Shown here: piece after piece, positions 11,043 through 24,397 of the stretch
How the letters are laid out: each line of letters begins with the position of its first letter
How positions within the stretch are numbered: the stretch's first letter is position 1
Source of the DNA: Trichosphaerium sp. ATCC 40318
Taxonomy: Eukaryota; Protista; Tubulinea
Reading direction: 5' to 3'
Assembly (NCBI GenBank): GCA_038496445.1
Contig: JALMLS010000141.1
Location: 1 to 63,162, forward strand
DNA length: 63,162 nucleotides
Position numbers and translations under genes: made by a program
The notes under the pieces: model-generated
The model's input: only the letters and a program-made list of their open reading frames with translations
What the model was told of the DNA's origin: nothing
The model's database searches: none

Positions 11043-14000
11043 TTAGTCTGAAAGTAATTTGAATCCAAGACGCTTAGCAACAGTGCCCATGTCCTTATCA
11101 CCTCTACCAGAACAACAAATGACGATGTTCTTGTTCTTAGAGTCTGGGTCTTTCTTAGCCATTCGCTTTGCTTCTTCTATTGCCCACCATATGGCATGTG
11201 ATGTCTCAAGAGCAGGGATTATACCCTCCACACGACACATCTCCTGGAAACCGATCATAGCCTGAAACACGTGCTTAGCGAAAACGTAGAGCAAAAAGTG
11301 CTATTAAAGACAATTGGTACCTCTTCATCAGAGCATGATACGTAATCAGCACGTTTTGACGTCATTAACCATGCATGTTCTGGACCAACACCAGGATAAT
11401 CCAAACCGGCAGAGATACTATGAGTAGCCATAATTTGACCATCTGCGTCATGCATCAAATATGACAAACATCCATGAAGAACACCTAAGTTGGGTTAGGA
11501 GTTTGGCCAACAAGCTATATTTAAATACCAGGTGTTCCTTTTGATAATGTAGCACAGTGCTTATCCGTGGTTATACCATGACCAGATGCCTCAACGCCAA
11601 CCAGTCGAATTGTTTGTTTAGCATCATCAACATCTAAATAACTAGTAAGTACAAGAAGCTTATTTTTTGTGTTGCTTTGATTGTTTGAATAACACTCACC
11701 TTGTACAAAATCGTAAAACATGCCAATAGCGTTACTTCCACCGCCTACGCATGCAACTACTACATCTGGAGAAGATTCTGGTCCGTTTAGGGCTTTGAAT
11801 TGCTCACGTGCTTCTCTTCCAATTACTGCTTGGAAATCACGAACCTTTACAGCTTGTTAGCTTCAAAAACAAGGCAAAAAACGCAATACCATTGTTGGGA
11901 ACGGATGTGGTCCAATAGCAGAACCTACTATGTAATGTGTGTTTGCTAGATTTTTTACCTATGACTTTGAGTGAGTACGATGGTAAAAGGAATAATCATT
12001 GAACTGAAAAGTTTGTTTTGAAGCCTTACCCAATCACGCATTGCTTCATTGACAGCATCCTTCAGCGTTTTTGAACCAGCTGTTACAGCAACTACTTTTG
12101 TACCCAAGATCTTCATTCTGAATACGTTTAGGGATTGCCTCTCTATATCAAAGTATTAGCTTAAACAGCATTGATAGAAGTTTGACATTAAACGAAAAAA
12201 AAAGCTACAATTAAATCAATAAGCGTACCAATATCTTCTTCACCCATGTATACAATACATTCTAAACCAAGTTTTGCACAAATTGTAGCAGTTGCAACGC
12301 CGTGTTGGCCAGCGCCAGTTTCAGCAATAATTCTTGTTTTACCCAATCGCTTTGCAATCAAAGCTTGACCAACTAAAAAGAACACATCATAAGTACTTAT
12401 AGTTTGCTTTCAAAAAACTTTAAGACTTTCAAACGTACTGGCGTTGTTGATTTTATGAGCACCAGTGTGCGCCAAATCTTCACGCTTCAACCATATCTTT
12501 GGTCCACCGAGCTCTTCAGAGAGTCTAGAGCATAGGTACAATGGAGTTGGTCTTCCAACGTATGATGCGAAGGATTTAATCTCTTCCCAGAAAGTAGGAT
12601 CTGCCTTTGCTTTTGCGTAGGCTTCCTCAAGTTCAACAAGAGCACCTACCAAAGGTTCAGGAGCAAACCTAAAAAAATAGTATCAGTAAGCTAGCCAAGT
12701 ATTGAAGCGCTTTACCTTCCACCAAACTCTCCAAAAGAAGCAGGTAATCTTGGTCGTTCAGGTAGATCTAAAACAGATATTTCAAAAAAGCACGTGTGAG
12801 AAGAAACATACCTTCTAATTTTGTTGGTTTAGCTTCTTTTCTAGTCAATTTACGCCCAGTTGTCAGCTCTGTTATTTTTGCTTTCAAAGCTTTAACTTCA
12901 TCACCTTTTGGCGCTTCTTTAATTGCTCTTAATAGTTCTGAACCTACTACAACTGCTTGTGCATGTTGTGCGAACTTATTGACATGCTCTATTTTCTTAA
13001 TACCAAATCCGATGGCAATTGGTTTCTATATGAGAGTTAACCATCACGCTTGGTTGTATTCTGTCTATAGAAAATCACGGGCGTACGTCTGTATTAGCAG
13101 TAACTCTTTCCATAAACTGTGGCAACTGAGACCATATGTCAGCTTTTTCTCTTCCACCTTATGTAACAGTAAGTACAACATACAACGTCCGGTATATTAC
13201 CAGTGACACCCATCAATGATACGCAATATATGAATGGATCAGCTACGCTAGACAAATAACGTAAACGCTCAGGGCTAGATGTAGGCGCTGCCAATGGGAT
13301 ATATCCAACGCCGTTTTTCTAAGATCCTCGTGTTAGTATTTCATACAAAGGCCAACTCTCCTAAAACTACGCACCTTGCATAAGCCTCTAAAGTCTTCAC
13401 TTGATTCTGGTGGTAGATCAACAACGATGAAAGCATTAGCACCTGTCGTCGTATCACGTGTTAATACACAAAAAGATCACATTTTTACAATTGTCCTCAC
13501 CTGCTTCTTTCGCCTCTTTTGTTATTTTTTCGTATCCGTAACGGCGTAGAGGATTGGTGTAACCCATTAAAATGATTGGTAGTGTAAGTCCTTGCTTTCT
13601 TGCTTCGCGGACGTATTCAATGCAATCAACCACTGTGGTACCGTTTGCAATAGCGACTTGGAGAATGTTAGAATAGAAACTAGCGGATTTGGTACAAATG
13701 TTGTTTCGAGTCACTTTAAAATAACGCGTGAGTGCTGAACGCGCTGCTGTAATGCGTTTTGCGCTTCGTAAAATCGTAAACTAGGCGAATTACGAAAGGT
13801 ACCATTAGATGTCTCTTGAATTACAGGTCCATCAGCCAAGGGATCACTGTGAGGTACGCCAAGTTCAATTATGTCAGCTCCAGCTTCTTGAGCGGCCAAT
13901 AGCAGTGGGATTGTTAAATCTTTCGTAGGGTACCAAAAACAAGCGTAAGGAAGCGTATTCAGTGTGTTCACAGTTCCCGAATGGAAAAAAAAACTTTACT

Positions 14001-14095
14001 CACCCTGCTGTTACATAGGCCACAAAAGCTGGTTCTCCTTTTGCGTTTCTCTTATCAAAAGCTTCTATAAGGGCTTGAGAGGCACTATCAGTCAT
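11043..14095 (-). CDS. TRP5: Tryptophan synthase, alpha-beta fusion (fungal TRP5-type architecture), multi-exon
   Basis: Alpha: [61 protein letters not shown]. Beta follows in the same gene: [80 protein letters not shown]. Confidence 0.95.
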
Positions 14096-14545
14096 GTTTG
14101 TTTTTAATTGGTTTAAAAAAGGTATGGTAAAAGTCGCTCTACTTTCATTTTCTCCATTTATTCTCTTTGTTTGAAAACAATTCACAGAACTATGACAAGA
14201 GGGTATTGTAGGGTCTAGTATGTACTCTCAGGGCGGTTATTAACACGTAGATAAGCATATGAGCGCAAAAAAATAAATTACACGCGTTGCTTTCGTCATC
14301 AATCCTGGACGAGCAGCTCATAGTACGTGTAGGCTATCGTAGCGACGACAGATAAATCCGTAAGGATGTCGTACTTCGTAGTGAAAATAGAATGACGACG
14401 CCTTTTATCTGATCTTTTTCCGCCTAGCATACCAAGTGATAGAAAAACAATCCAAATTGTGCAAGCCTTGGTGAGTTTATTTGTTTTCATTTTGACATAC
14501 ACCAATATTTTTGGTATGGATTTTATCAATGCGTAATCTATCCCT

Positions 14546-16133
14546 TTAACTAACAACAGAGTAGTTGAGTCTTTTTCCTTTTAAGCGCAAGAACACAAAT
14601 ATCAATATGACTAGGAATTGTAAGGTTAACAAGAACGATACTAATGTGTCTTCTTACCAGCAATAATGATCAAACAAATAGGTAGGAACATGCCTCCAAC
14701 AAAATAACCGGCACAAGACTTACTCTTCACGAAAGGAGCCGCTATTATGTTTGAATGCTAGAATGTAATTTGAATCACTACGTACGACACATCGTCCAAT
14801 CCCCAACAGGATTAAAGCACAATGATTCGCTGTTTGCACAATGTGATGTTTCATCATCGCACCAAAAACACTTTTTACTACCTTTAGAAAAGATAACTGA
14901 CGATTGAAATGAGTACCTGAGTGTTAGGTACACCAGTACATGCTTCACAACTCTTCCTGTCAGTACATACTTCAGGGCATGTAATGACAGCTAAAGTGCA
15001 ATTTGTATTAGTATCTTCAGTACAGATTAGATTGCCGCCCTATAACTTGTTTAGTTTTTTGTACACAAATGCAATTTCTAAAACATGAAGTACATCATTG
15101 CAAAAGAAGCATCTAGTATCTGCCTTACATGCAGTACACGCCCTATCTTTTGAGTACATACTACATTCTAATTACTGGTGAGTTATTTGAGAGTAATAGA
15201 AAAAAAGACCATACCACAACTAGGGAAACATTCTTCGTCTGTGACATTCTTGGTGTCATAGCATTGAAAACCATCTTTAGTTGGGTCAGTACGACACCAC
15301 TCACAGTCACGCTAAATATGACTTAAACAGAGCACCCCTTGAGTTACAGTACCTGATCAGAGCAATCGCCACACGTCGAAAGATGACTACATTCTAGAGA
15401 CGTTAAATTTAAATGAACAAACTTGAAAGTAATGTACCACATTCAGTTACAGGTGCTGGACAAGTTTGGGCACCTATATGGCCGCAACTGACTAATTGCG
15501 GACACCACTGACAGTCTTGATACTTTGTGCAAGCAGCACAACCCTGTAATGTTTCGCAATCTATACAACATTGTCATTTAAAAAAAAAAACGCTGGCAAA
15601 TACTTACGGTTGCACTCTTCAAAAAACCAATCTCTTGGAGAGCAAGTAAAGTTTGTGTTATCTACAGGGATAGGTGCGGAACCCTAAAATTAATCACGTG
15701 TTGCTCACAATAGTGTTTTCGCACAGATGCGTCTCCAGGAAAGCATCCTTGTACACCTGCACACCAACCACATGTCTCAGCACCGACTGAAGCGTTCTTA
15801 TTGTGTTGTTGACAATCGCCACAAGATTTGTACGTATGACAGACTAATTTGATGTTAAATACTGTTAAATTGTGCTTAATGGCCTAAAGAGGTAGCGGTA
15901 CGATGAAATGACACCCCACAATGGAAAAGGGAAGGGAAAAGGGCGAATTCAATTTTTGTGCTAAACAATTCGCGTATTAAAGAAGCATGTGCGTGTTGTA
16001 GCGCTGTAAAATGTTTTGTGGCATATTTTATTATTATTTAGCTATCTGGGAACGTACCTGACTCGCCAACACAAACAGTGATGCAACAAAAAGCAATCAA
16101 AGTGAGAGCCAGGTATTGAGTTTGAAGTGACAT
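14546..16133 (-). CDS. Type I membrane protein with multiple PSI-like Cys-rich repeats and a CD164/porimin-like TM tail
   Basis: Signal peptide MSLQTQYLALTLIAFVASLF; repeats SCGDC...CGWC, GCAACTKYQDCQWC, SCEAC...CFWC; TM GYFVGGMFLPICLIIIAVILIFVFL; tail NYSVVS* (YxxPhi). Confidence 0.7.
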
Positions 16134-16197
16134 TTAAATACAGATAAAAAACAAGAAAAATACGCCCTTTGACTTGAAGTCCTTTCCAAAACTACTG

Positions 16198-16674
16198 TTA
16201 ACTGGGTACAAGACTGTCAAAATGTTCGTTGTGTGGGTAATGAAGAATGTTAACTGCTTTTCGGTTCTCCTTGACTTCATTAGGAGTGATGACTTGAGGC
16301 TGTTCGTGGTGTGTAGAATGAACAACGATATCTACATTATAAGCGTTGGAAATACCAAATATAGCTATGTGGTCGCCGTAATAAGAGTTTAGGCGCATTT
16401 TACGAAGGTAGTCATCCCAATTTTTGTATTGTGAGCTATCGAGAAAGGGTTCCAGCTCGTTGTTGCCTTCAAGGTACTGGCATGCGTTTTCTCTAATCTC
16501 ACTGTGGCTATTTTCATTTCCCAGCATGTTGTGGGATACTGATCGAAACAAGCAGTTTCCGTCCGGGAGCACCTTGTGCACACTATATCGTCCCTTGTAT
16601 GTTGTGTGCCTTCTGAACTTGGCAATGTTAGCACCTCTGGGATATGCAACCGACCTTCTAATACGCGCCAGCAT
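16198..16674 (-). CDS. Small intronless OTU-family cysteine protease (deubiquitinase)
   Basis: DGNCLFRSVS catalytic Cys motif, YLRKMR..YYGDHIAI, and His box EHFDSL. Confidence 0.88.
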   Translation of the reverse strand: MLARIRRSVAYPRGANIAKFRRHTTYKGRYSVHKVLPDGNCLFRSVSHNMLGNENSHSEIRENACQYLEGNNELEPFLDSSQYKNWDDYLRKMRLNSYYGDHIAIFGISNAYNVDIVVHSTHHEQPQVITPNEVKENRKAVNILHYPHNEHFDSLVPS

Positions 16675-16808
16675 AGATAGTTAGCGTGTTTGTAGCTACA
16701 GTATTTGTTGTGGACGTATAAAGACTATTTTTTTATTTTTTCCTTTTCAAAAGCGCATAAACAGCGCTAATTGCTATCAACTTGCTAGCACAAACGATTG
16801 GCTGCAGG

Positions 16809-19162
16809 ATGATGCACGATAGATCAAGATCAATTTCTACGTTGTCTGTACGTAGAACCGCATTGCTCATTGTCATTGCTGGTGCGTATACGTGCAGTAC
16901 AACAGTCTTTTACGCAAATTAGCATATTGCAGCGCCTACGTGGCTCGGACTAATCCAATTGTTCGTAAGTTACGCTTACCTCCTTGCGTTAGGTTTGATC
17001 TTCACAACTGTTACGCCATTTGTATACTACGTCGTTTTACGACCTCCAACCAGCGGCGCGGTTGCACAACTCCCAAAACACGCAATAGACGCTATTAAAA
17101 CCACAGATTCTTCTGTCGAACTCACTCAGCACCCAAAAGATGAAATTCTCCCCAAAAAGAGCTATAAAAATGCTCTGAAAGAGAACGAGTTTTTGCCTGA
17201 CTTTGAGACAATCAATGTGGATGGTGCTGAGTGCTACCACAGGACCAGAGATCTCATAAAAAACCCTCTTGTTATAAAAGGTAAGCTTTCTTTTTTAACT
17301 GAAATCCTTTCTTTGTACTTTGCCACAAGCACATGATTTATTCACTTACATCAAACATCAGTAACTCTTGTAATTAGGATGGCCTGGAAAGGCACCTGTT
17401 CAACCATGTGATGTACCTTGCGTTGATCGTGGATCAGAGACACATGCCAAAAGAGGTGGTGGCTCAAGCGATGGAGGGTGTCCCTACAAATATCATTTTT
17501 CTATGGAAAATGTTAAATTCTCTCCGAATGTGCGTAACAAAATAAGGCCACGTGCTTTTCGGTTAATTTTCTTGGCTTGAAACTCACGTCAAGTGGTAGA
17601 ATGATATGACGGGAACTCCTGAGCTGTCTTCTGATGTACCAATGTTATATCCAAGTTGGACTGAATATAGATATATGAAGCCTATTAGAAATAAAACTGC
17701 CAAGGCGATGGTGGCTGCTTTCATATCCAACTGTGGACCACAGTATAGGTTGGTGTAAAAATACTATTTTAACAAGTTCTGTGTTGCCAAGCTGTGCTAC
17801 ATTTGATGCAAGAAACAAACCGTTTATTTAACTACCTGGATTGTGTGACACTCTTGTAGACTTTATGCAGTTGTTGCACAGCTTGGCGACAAGAGAATGT
17901 ACTCAATATTTAAACTTATCGCTGTATACTACTCAGCTAACTCGACAGCTGATGTAAAATCATTTTATGGAAAACGCTAGATTTCTAAATGTCGTTTTTA
18001 GGCTGGCGTATCTCCGTGACTTGCAAAAGTATGGAGTTACGGTACACTCTTACGGAAAGTGTGCTAATAATTATAAAGCTCCAGCAGATACACGTAGATA
18101 TGGTAAACTTACATCTTGATGAACTGTTATTAACTCTTCAATGAAGCAAAGGATTGGCAGAACACAAAGGAAGATTTATTGGGATCTTATAAATTTACAT
18201 TTGCTTTTGAGAACAGTGGTTCAACGGACTATGTTACAGAGAAGCTATTTGGACCATATTGTGTAAGTCTATGCATCATATCTTTTGGTTGTAGTGACAT
18301 TTTGTTAAGGCAGGGTCTATCCCTCTGTATCATGGTGCTCCTAACGGACGCAAGTTTGAGATCGCAAACAAGTCTGCTCTTTGGGCGCAAGAGTACAAAT
18401 CTGCAAAAGAAATGGCTGAACATATTCTTGAGCTTGATAAGGATGATAAGAAGTACAACGAGTATTTAGCTTGGAAAACTGAGGGTGAGGCTTTTTTTTA
18501 TGTTTGCTTTTTTGTTTAACAAGAAGCTGTTAATAGGTATCAAACAAAGTTTTATATCTATAGTAGATATTGCTTTAGTGCACTCATCTTGTAGATTTTG
18601 TATTCGCGCAGGAGATAAATACAGAAGAGAGTATGGACAAGTGAAAGGTAATGAGTTCAAGAATCAACACTTTTTTTTTGTTGGTCGTTTTCTGTATTAT
18701 CTTTATTGTTAGTATTTGTACTGACAACTGTCCTTAGGCGGACCACATTACGAAGATAATGTAAGAGCTCACATAGAAGAAAATAAGAAGGGCACAAAAC
18801 GTACGAAAAGACACTACCTTAATCTCCAATACTATACCTGACTAGCTTATTTTTTAGTTGTTAGAGTACGTGAGCGTGGTAAGTTCTGGTTACACGACAT
18901 GTATCTACCACCAGATATGACAGTAAAAGCATTAAGGAAGAAAATTGAGACTGTAATGATTAAAGAAAAGAAGAAGTTTCCTATTTATCAGATCTATAAC
19001 TTATGGGATAGATTTCATAAACCTTTTACAAAAGATATGCAGTTGCAAAACTTCCTCGAAGCAGATGTAAGAGAACTGGAAGTTGTATTCATAGATAAAT
19101 TTAATCCAAATCGTGGAAACTACTACGAGTGGCAAAAGTCCAGTGGTCAAATAAAAGATTAA
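16809..19162 (+). CDS. Alpha-1,3-fucosyltransferase (GT10), core-FucT-like, multi-exon
   Basis: N-terminal TM; AAFISNCG, VHSYGKC, YKFTFAFENSGSTDYVTEKLF, HSSCRFCI and C-terminal VRERGKF. Confidence 0.9.
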
Positions 19163-19711
19163 TGTAACAAAACCAACGTTTACGTACAGTTAAATATCAT
19201 ACAACCCAATCCTACAAGTATTCATGACGTGTTGGTTAGCATTGAATCTGTAGCGTACAAATACGAGGTCTGTTTATATTTTTCAAAAGCACGTGCGTAG
19301 TGAAAGTCTACATCGCTAAAACTCGACCAACATTTGGTAAAAGCAATTGATCTGCCGTACACTAATTTTGGGAAAGCTTTTTAGAAACCGCACGAAAAAA
19401 TGTGACTCAGAGAATATTCATTGAACATTACTGTTTCGTCCGTTTAGTACACATCCTGACATGGTTTTCAGGTAGTAGAGTTAGCTCTACAAGTAATTTT
19501 GCTTGCGTTATAAGCAACAGTTTAAGTACATTCTCAAAAAACGTGAGCAATTTTATTATGTGTTCATTAAGATAATTTTGGCTTTCAACTCCGAAATATC
19601 GTGCTGTCCAGAGAAGCACGTGGATCTTCGCGAAGTAAGTATGCAACTATTATGCTAATAGACTTTGAGCAACCAAGGACATAAATAACCAATCTACTAA
19701 CAACAAACCAC

Positions 19712-20752
19712 ATGGAAACAAGTCTCCTCCAAACAAAGCGAATGCCATTATTATGTCAGATTACAGGATACATCCTCATGGCATTATCAGCGCCTACGTT
19801 TTTATCGTTCTTTGCCTGGTTTTTTCTGGGTATGAACTTGCCTAGCTTCATCCCAATAGCGATCAACATTGATCTTGGATTAACATCTGTACTTCAAAAA
19901 ATTCTTTTCAATACAACTCTGTATCTCATGTGGGGTTATCTACATTCATTACTAGCCAAGCAAAGTATTCAAGCAGTTATCAGCAAGGTACTTCTATAAA
20001 GATTTAATTAGCTCGTAAATTCAATTGCTAGATACCTTTCTTTTTCCATGCTTTCTTGATCTTCATGACTGACATTTTTGTTCTTAGATACTTTACAAGC
20101 AACTAACACGTATGATATTTTCAGTATTCGCAGTTTGGTCAGCTTTCCTTGTTATGGTACTTTGGCAAAGAATTGGAATTGACATTTGGATCATCGATGG
20201 TACAGATTCAAACACGTATGTACAATTTTAATAAAGTAGATTAGTGGCTAACAAGCGCTTTTAGAGAAATTTATACTTTGGTGCTTGGATTTATCATTTT
20301 TGGAACATCTCTTTTCGGATTTGACTTAATGGTATGCAACCAACAAACACGTTTTTCCCACCAAATTCTAAAACGATTTTTAGGTATTTTTTGGTCTCTC
20401 TCAGCTTAGTGCCACACATAAGGAATTTGATGATACATGCTCTGATCGTGCTATTGGCACACTACTCACAACAGGCTATTATGGTCTTGTTCGTCATCCA
20501 ATGTACTTTAGCCTGGTAACAAGCATTCTGGTCTCTCCCATAATGACTGGTGACAAGCTACTGTTTGTATCATTGATAATAATTTATCTTTATTTCGCAA
20601 TCCCTCACGAAGAAGAAAAACTCATTGCTGTATGGGGTGAAGCTTATAAAACTTACAGAAAAGAGGTCCCAGCTATGATACCAACTCCCTCAAGTGTATA
20701 CTATACCTTTATGGGCAAAAGAAAAGCAAGGAAGAACTTAAAAACCATGTAA
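19712..20752 (+). CDS. Nurim/MddA/ICMT-superfamily polytopic membrane protein (putative methyltransferase)
   Basis: Several TM segments, WGYLHSLLA, LLTTGYYGLVRHPMYF, AIPHEEEKLIAVWGEAYKTYRKEVPAMIP. Confidence 0.75.
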
Positions 20753-21307
20753 AAATCATTGTATTCACAGTTTCGCACCTCCACGCACGCAAAACAAACA
20801 CTGCAATCTTCACGTAACGACATCCATCATGTAACTTAGTTCAATAAACATAATTAACTACAACTTGCACGCACCTATCCTCGTGACAGAATTGGCATAA
20901 GGATTGTCTTTGAACCTAATCCGAGTTATTGTAAGATCACCTTTCAGAGGTAACAGCATTGATAAGAAATACAAAGCCAGCATTGTAAGTTTAGTGGGCA
21001 ATTCTGATGTGAAGGGGGGTTTAGCCAGTTTCGGTGTCAACATGTGATCGAGCTACCACTTTCTTTTTCTTGTTTCACAAGTTACCAATGGCTGCTTTGC
21101 ATTTAAATTACTGTTAACAGTCCCATTTATGTCTGGAAATCAAAACTGGCATGTTGCCTAATTTGCAATGGTTTATCCGGAGATACTACTACGCGTACAT
21201 GTATTCTTAGTGGAAAGTTCGAACGTCCAACAAGAATTAGTCAAGATTTGGCTGCCAAAGTCGGTTGAATCAAAAAATTTAAAGGACACCTGTCAAGAGG
21301 TATAAGG

Positions 21308-23307
21308 ATGCATCAAATCGTACTCTTATTGTGTATTTTGGCGGCTTTATCCTGTACAGCGTCAATACATAACAAAATAGACTCAGGTAGCTTTAAACTA
21401 TGCTATTTTACCTTACCTTGGCTAATAACATGATTTTGACCAGGTGAATGTACAAGCAGCGCGTGTTTGAATTATTTAACCAAGAGAGCGGAGTTAGTAT
21501 CAAATGATGAGTCTGAGCGCTTCTCAGCAAAAATAACACTATCGCCAATGGAAAAACAAGGTACACTTTTATTCTAATAACAAGATTTGTGAGGAAACTT
21601 TCTTTTTTCTCGAAATTTTTTGAATCTCACATTTATCTCAGCTGAGGAGGTTCTATCAAATCTTCGTGCACAAGAGATAAAAGAAAACGAAGTATATTTA
21701 CCATTCCAGCATAATTTCAGACAGTCGAGGCCTCTAATTGACAGGAGTGCAGTATTAAGTCACATTAGAAATATGCCTAAGGGAGGGCTGCTTCATCTTC
21801 ACTCTTTGACGGACAACAATTTCGCTATCAACATGACTTACAGAGATGGTACATTTCCAAAAAAAATACTATTAGTTGTGTCCTTTTACTGTAACTTACT
21901 TTGATAGATTGCTTCGTAAACCATGGTACTGGTGAATCAAGAAATTCGTTCAGATTTTCCACTATTCCATTAAAAAATACTTCAACAGTGACATGGTAAG
22001 CCCCTTTGACGGTTTTGTTAACCTACCGTTTGTTTTATGTCTTTTGTTGATTGTGTCATCCTAGGATGAGTTGCAATAGACTAAGAGAACAATCAGGAGA
22101 CCCAAAAAAGTTTGATGAAGAACTTTTAAACACATGGCAATTTATAACGCCCAACGGTATCACTGAAAATGATATGTGGGTCATTTTCAATAGACGTATT
22201 GGTATAATGGATTCTCTTAGTACCTATCTACCAAACTTCAAAGCCGGCCTTAGTCACATAATACACAAATGGGTACGTAAAAAAAGTAGAAACCCGACGT
22301 GCTCTATACCAGATACGAACTTGTTCAAGCACGTCTCAAACACCTTTTTTTAGGTTTTTGAGGACAAAATACAGCATGTAGAGTTACGTGGTATCGCAGG
22401 ACTTTACGATGGCGAAGGAAACGACCTACCAGAATCTAGTACACTGGATATTATAGCCGCCACTATAAACGATTTTAACGAAAGATATAATCAAACATTC
22501 ACAATGAGATTTATTTGTATTCTACTTCGTAATTATCCACTCAAAGATGCATATCCCTCTATGAAGCAATGTGTTTCTTTACGGAAACAATACCCTGACC
22601 TTGTTGTTGGCTATGACTTCGTAAGTCAAGAAGACAGGCAAGTCGTTATCTAATGATTTATCAAATCACGTGTTTTTTTTTCTTAGCGATACTTTAGGTA
22701 TCACACTTTAAAGTATTACCTACCAGCTTTCTTTCAGATTGAAGAGTATCTTAACGAGAACAACCTGGCTCCTTTAAAATACTTTTTCCATGCTGGTGAA
22801 ACGGATTGGAGTCAGCGTAGCTTCAGTAATCTTTACGATGCTGTGATGCTTAACACATCACGTATTGGCCATGGCTTTTCTCTTGACAAACATCCAAAGC
22901 TTGTAGATATGGTAAAGGCTAAAGGAATCGCTATTGAAGTTTGTCCAATTTCAAATCAAATGCTAAAACTTCTTGTTGATATGCGTACTCATCCTGCAAC
23001 GTCTCTCATGTCTCGGGGAGTTCCTGTACGTATCAAAGTTTTAAATGAATTTATTTTTGTTAACACGTGTCAGGTTACTATCTCTAATGATGATCCTGCT
23101 GTTTACGGATACAACGGATTAGAATACGATTTTTACATGGCTTATATGGCTTGGAATTTGACAATGGCTGATCTCAAGCAACTCACACAAAACTCTATTA
23201 CATATAGTAGCTTACCAGATACTCTTAAGAGTATCCATCTCAAGACACTTTCGTCCAACTGGAATACTTGGATAGCAAACCTGGCACAACTGAAAAAAAT
23301 AATGTAA
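21308..23307 (+). CDS. ADA2: Secreted adenosine deaminase-related growth factor (ADGF/ADA2/CECR1)
   Basis: Signal peptide, MPKGGLLHLH, VVGYDFVSQED, FFHAGET, RIGHG, IEVCPISNQ, SNDDP. Confidence 0.93.
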
Positions 23308-23636
23308 AAAACAAATTAAAAAAAGTCTAATCAATCACTTGCACGTGCCAATAACAGGATGTGAAGCCTGTAGTACACAAGTACCCCTAGCTACCATACA
23401 TATTGTGATGAAATGCACAGAGGCATTATTCATTGCAACTGTCCAAATTGAAAGGGCGCATTGCGTACCAGCCACGTAATAGTTTTATATCGCTAAGATT
23501 CGAACATACCGGTGAGTCGATAAATACTAAAATATCACCGAGAAAAACGGTTCGTGGTCCGAGTTATTTTTGAAACGGTTGACCGAAATTTCAATCAATA
23601 GACAAAATAAAGCTATTCGTACCCAAAGCACATTGA

Positions 23637-24132
23637 ATGAGCCAATCGTCAGGGCCAGGTAGCTTTAAGTTCATTGCGATTAAAAGAAGGTCTTCGAGAA
23701 GTGAGGGTACCGCAGATGCTTTAAAACACAAAGCAAAAAGCAAGAGCTGGAGAGGCCTACTAAGAAGAAAATCATCAACAAAAGCATATAACAAAAATAA
23801 CTTCACCAAGAAAAATAGTGCGTACAACTTTATTTCTTTTACGGTCTCACCTTACATGATCAGGTTCGAACGATGCTTTACCAAGCACCAGAATACGCTC
23901 CGATTGCTCGACATTGCGTAGGGCTAGGTTTCTGGAATACGACTTACAGCAAATATCAGATAAAACCAAAAAGCGACGGGCAGAGTTCTCACAGGAAGAG
24001 CTACACGATCTGATAAAGAAGGTCTCGTCTCCGTATGTCCGTAATACCCTGCAAAAGACACGTGTAGAGATCAATAAGCAGAAACAGATGCGAAGGTTAT
24101 CACACAAGAGAATAAAAGATCCAATGCTGTAA
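23637..24132 (+). CDS. Hypothetical basic protein (two exons)
   Basis: Two ORFs joinable by a GTGCGT...ATCAG intron (~23818-23862); no recognisable domain. Confidence 0.45.
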
Positions 24133-24397
24133 ACTAAAAAAAACAAAACAAGTAAAAAAACAAATCCTTCTCCAGTTCGCACCAACCTAACAAAAATTCA
24201 ATAATAACGATGCTTCCAATAATACAGTAGCCCGTCAGTCCGAAATACACAGTATCTTGTGGATTATTAATAAATCTTTTACTAAAATAACTTTTTCATT
24301 TTACTTTAAACTATAATGTTACAACAGCCAGTGTACAACACCGCACTGTGAGAAGGCTTTAAGAAGCGCTAAACGTTGGGAATCTTCAACTTTTGGT

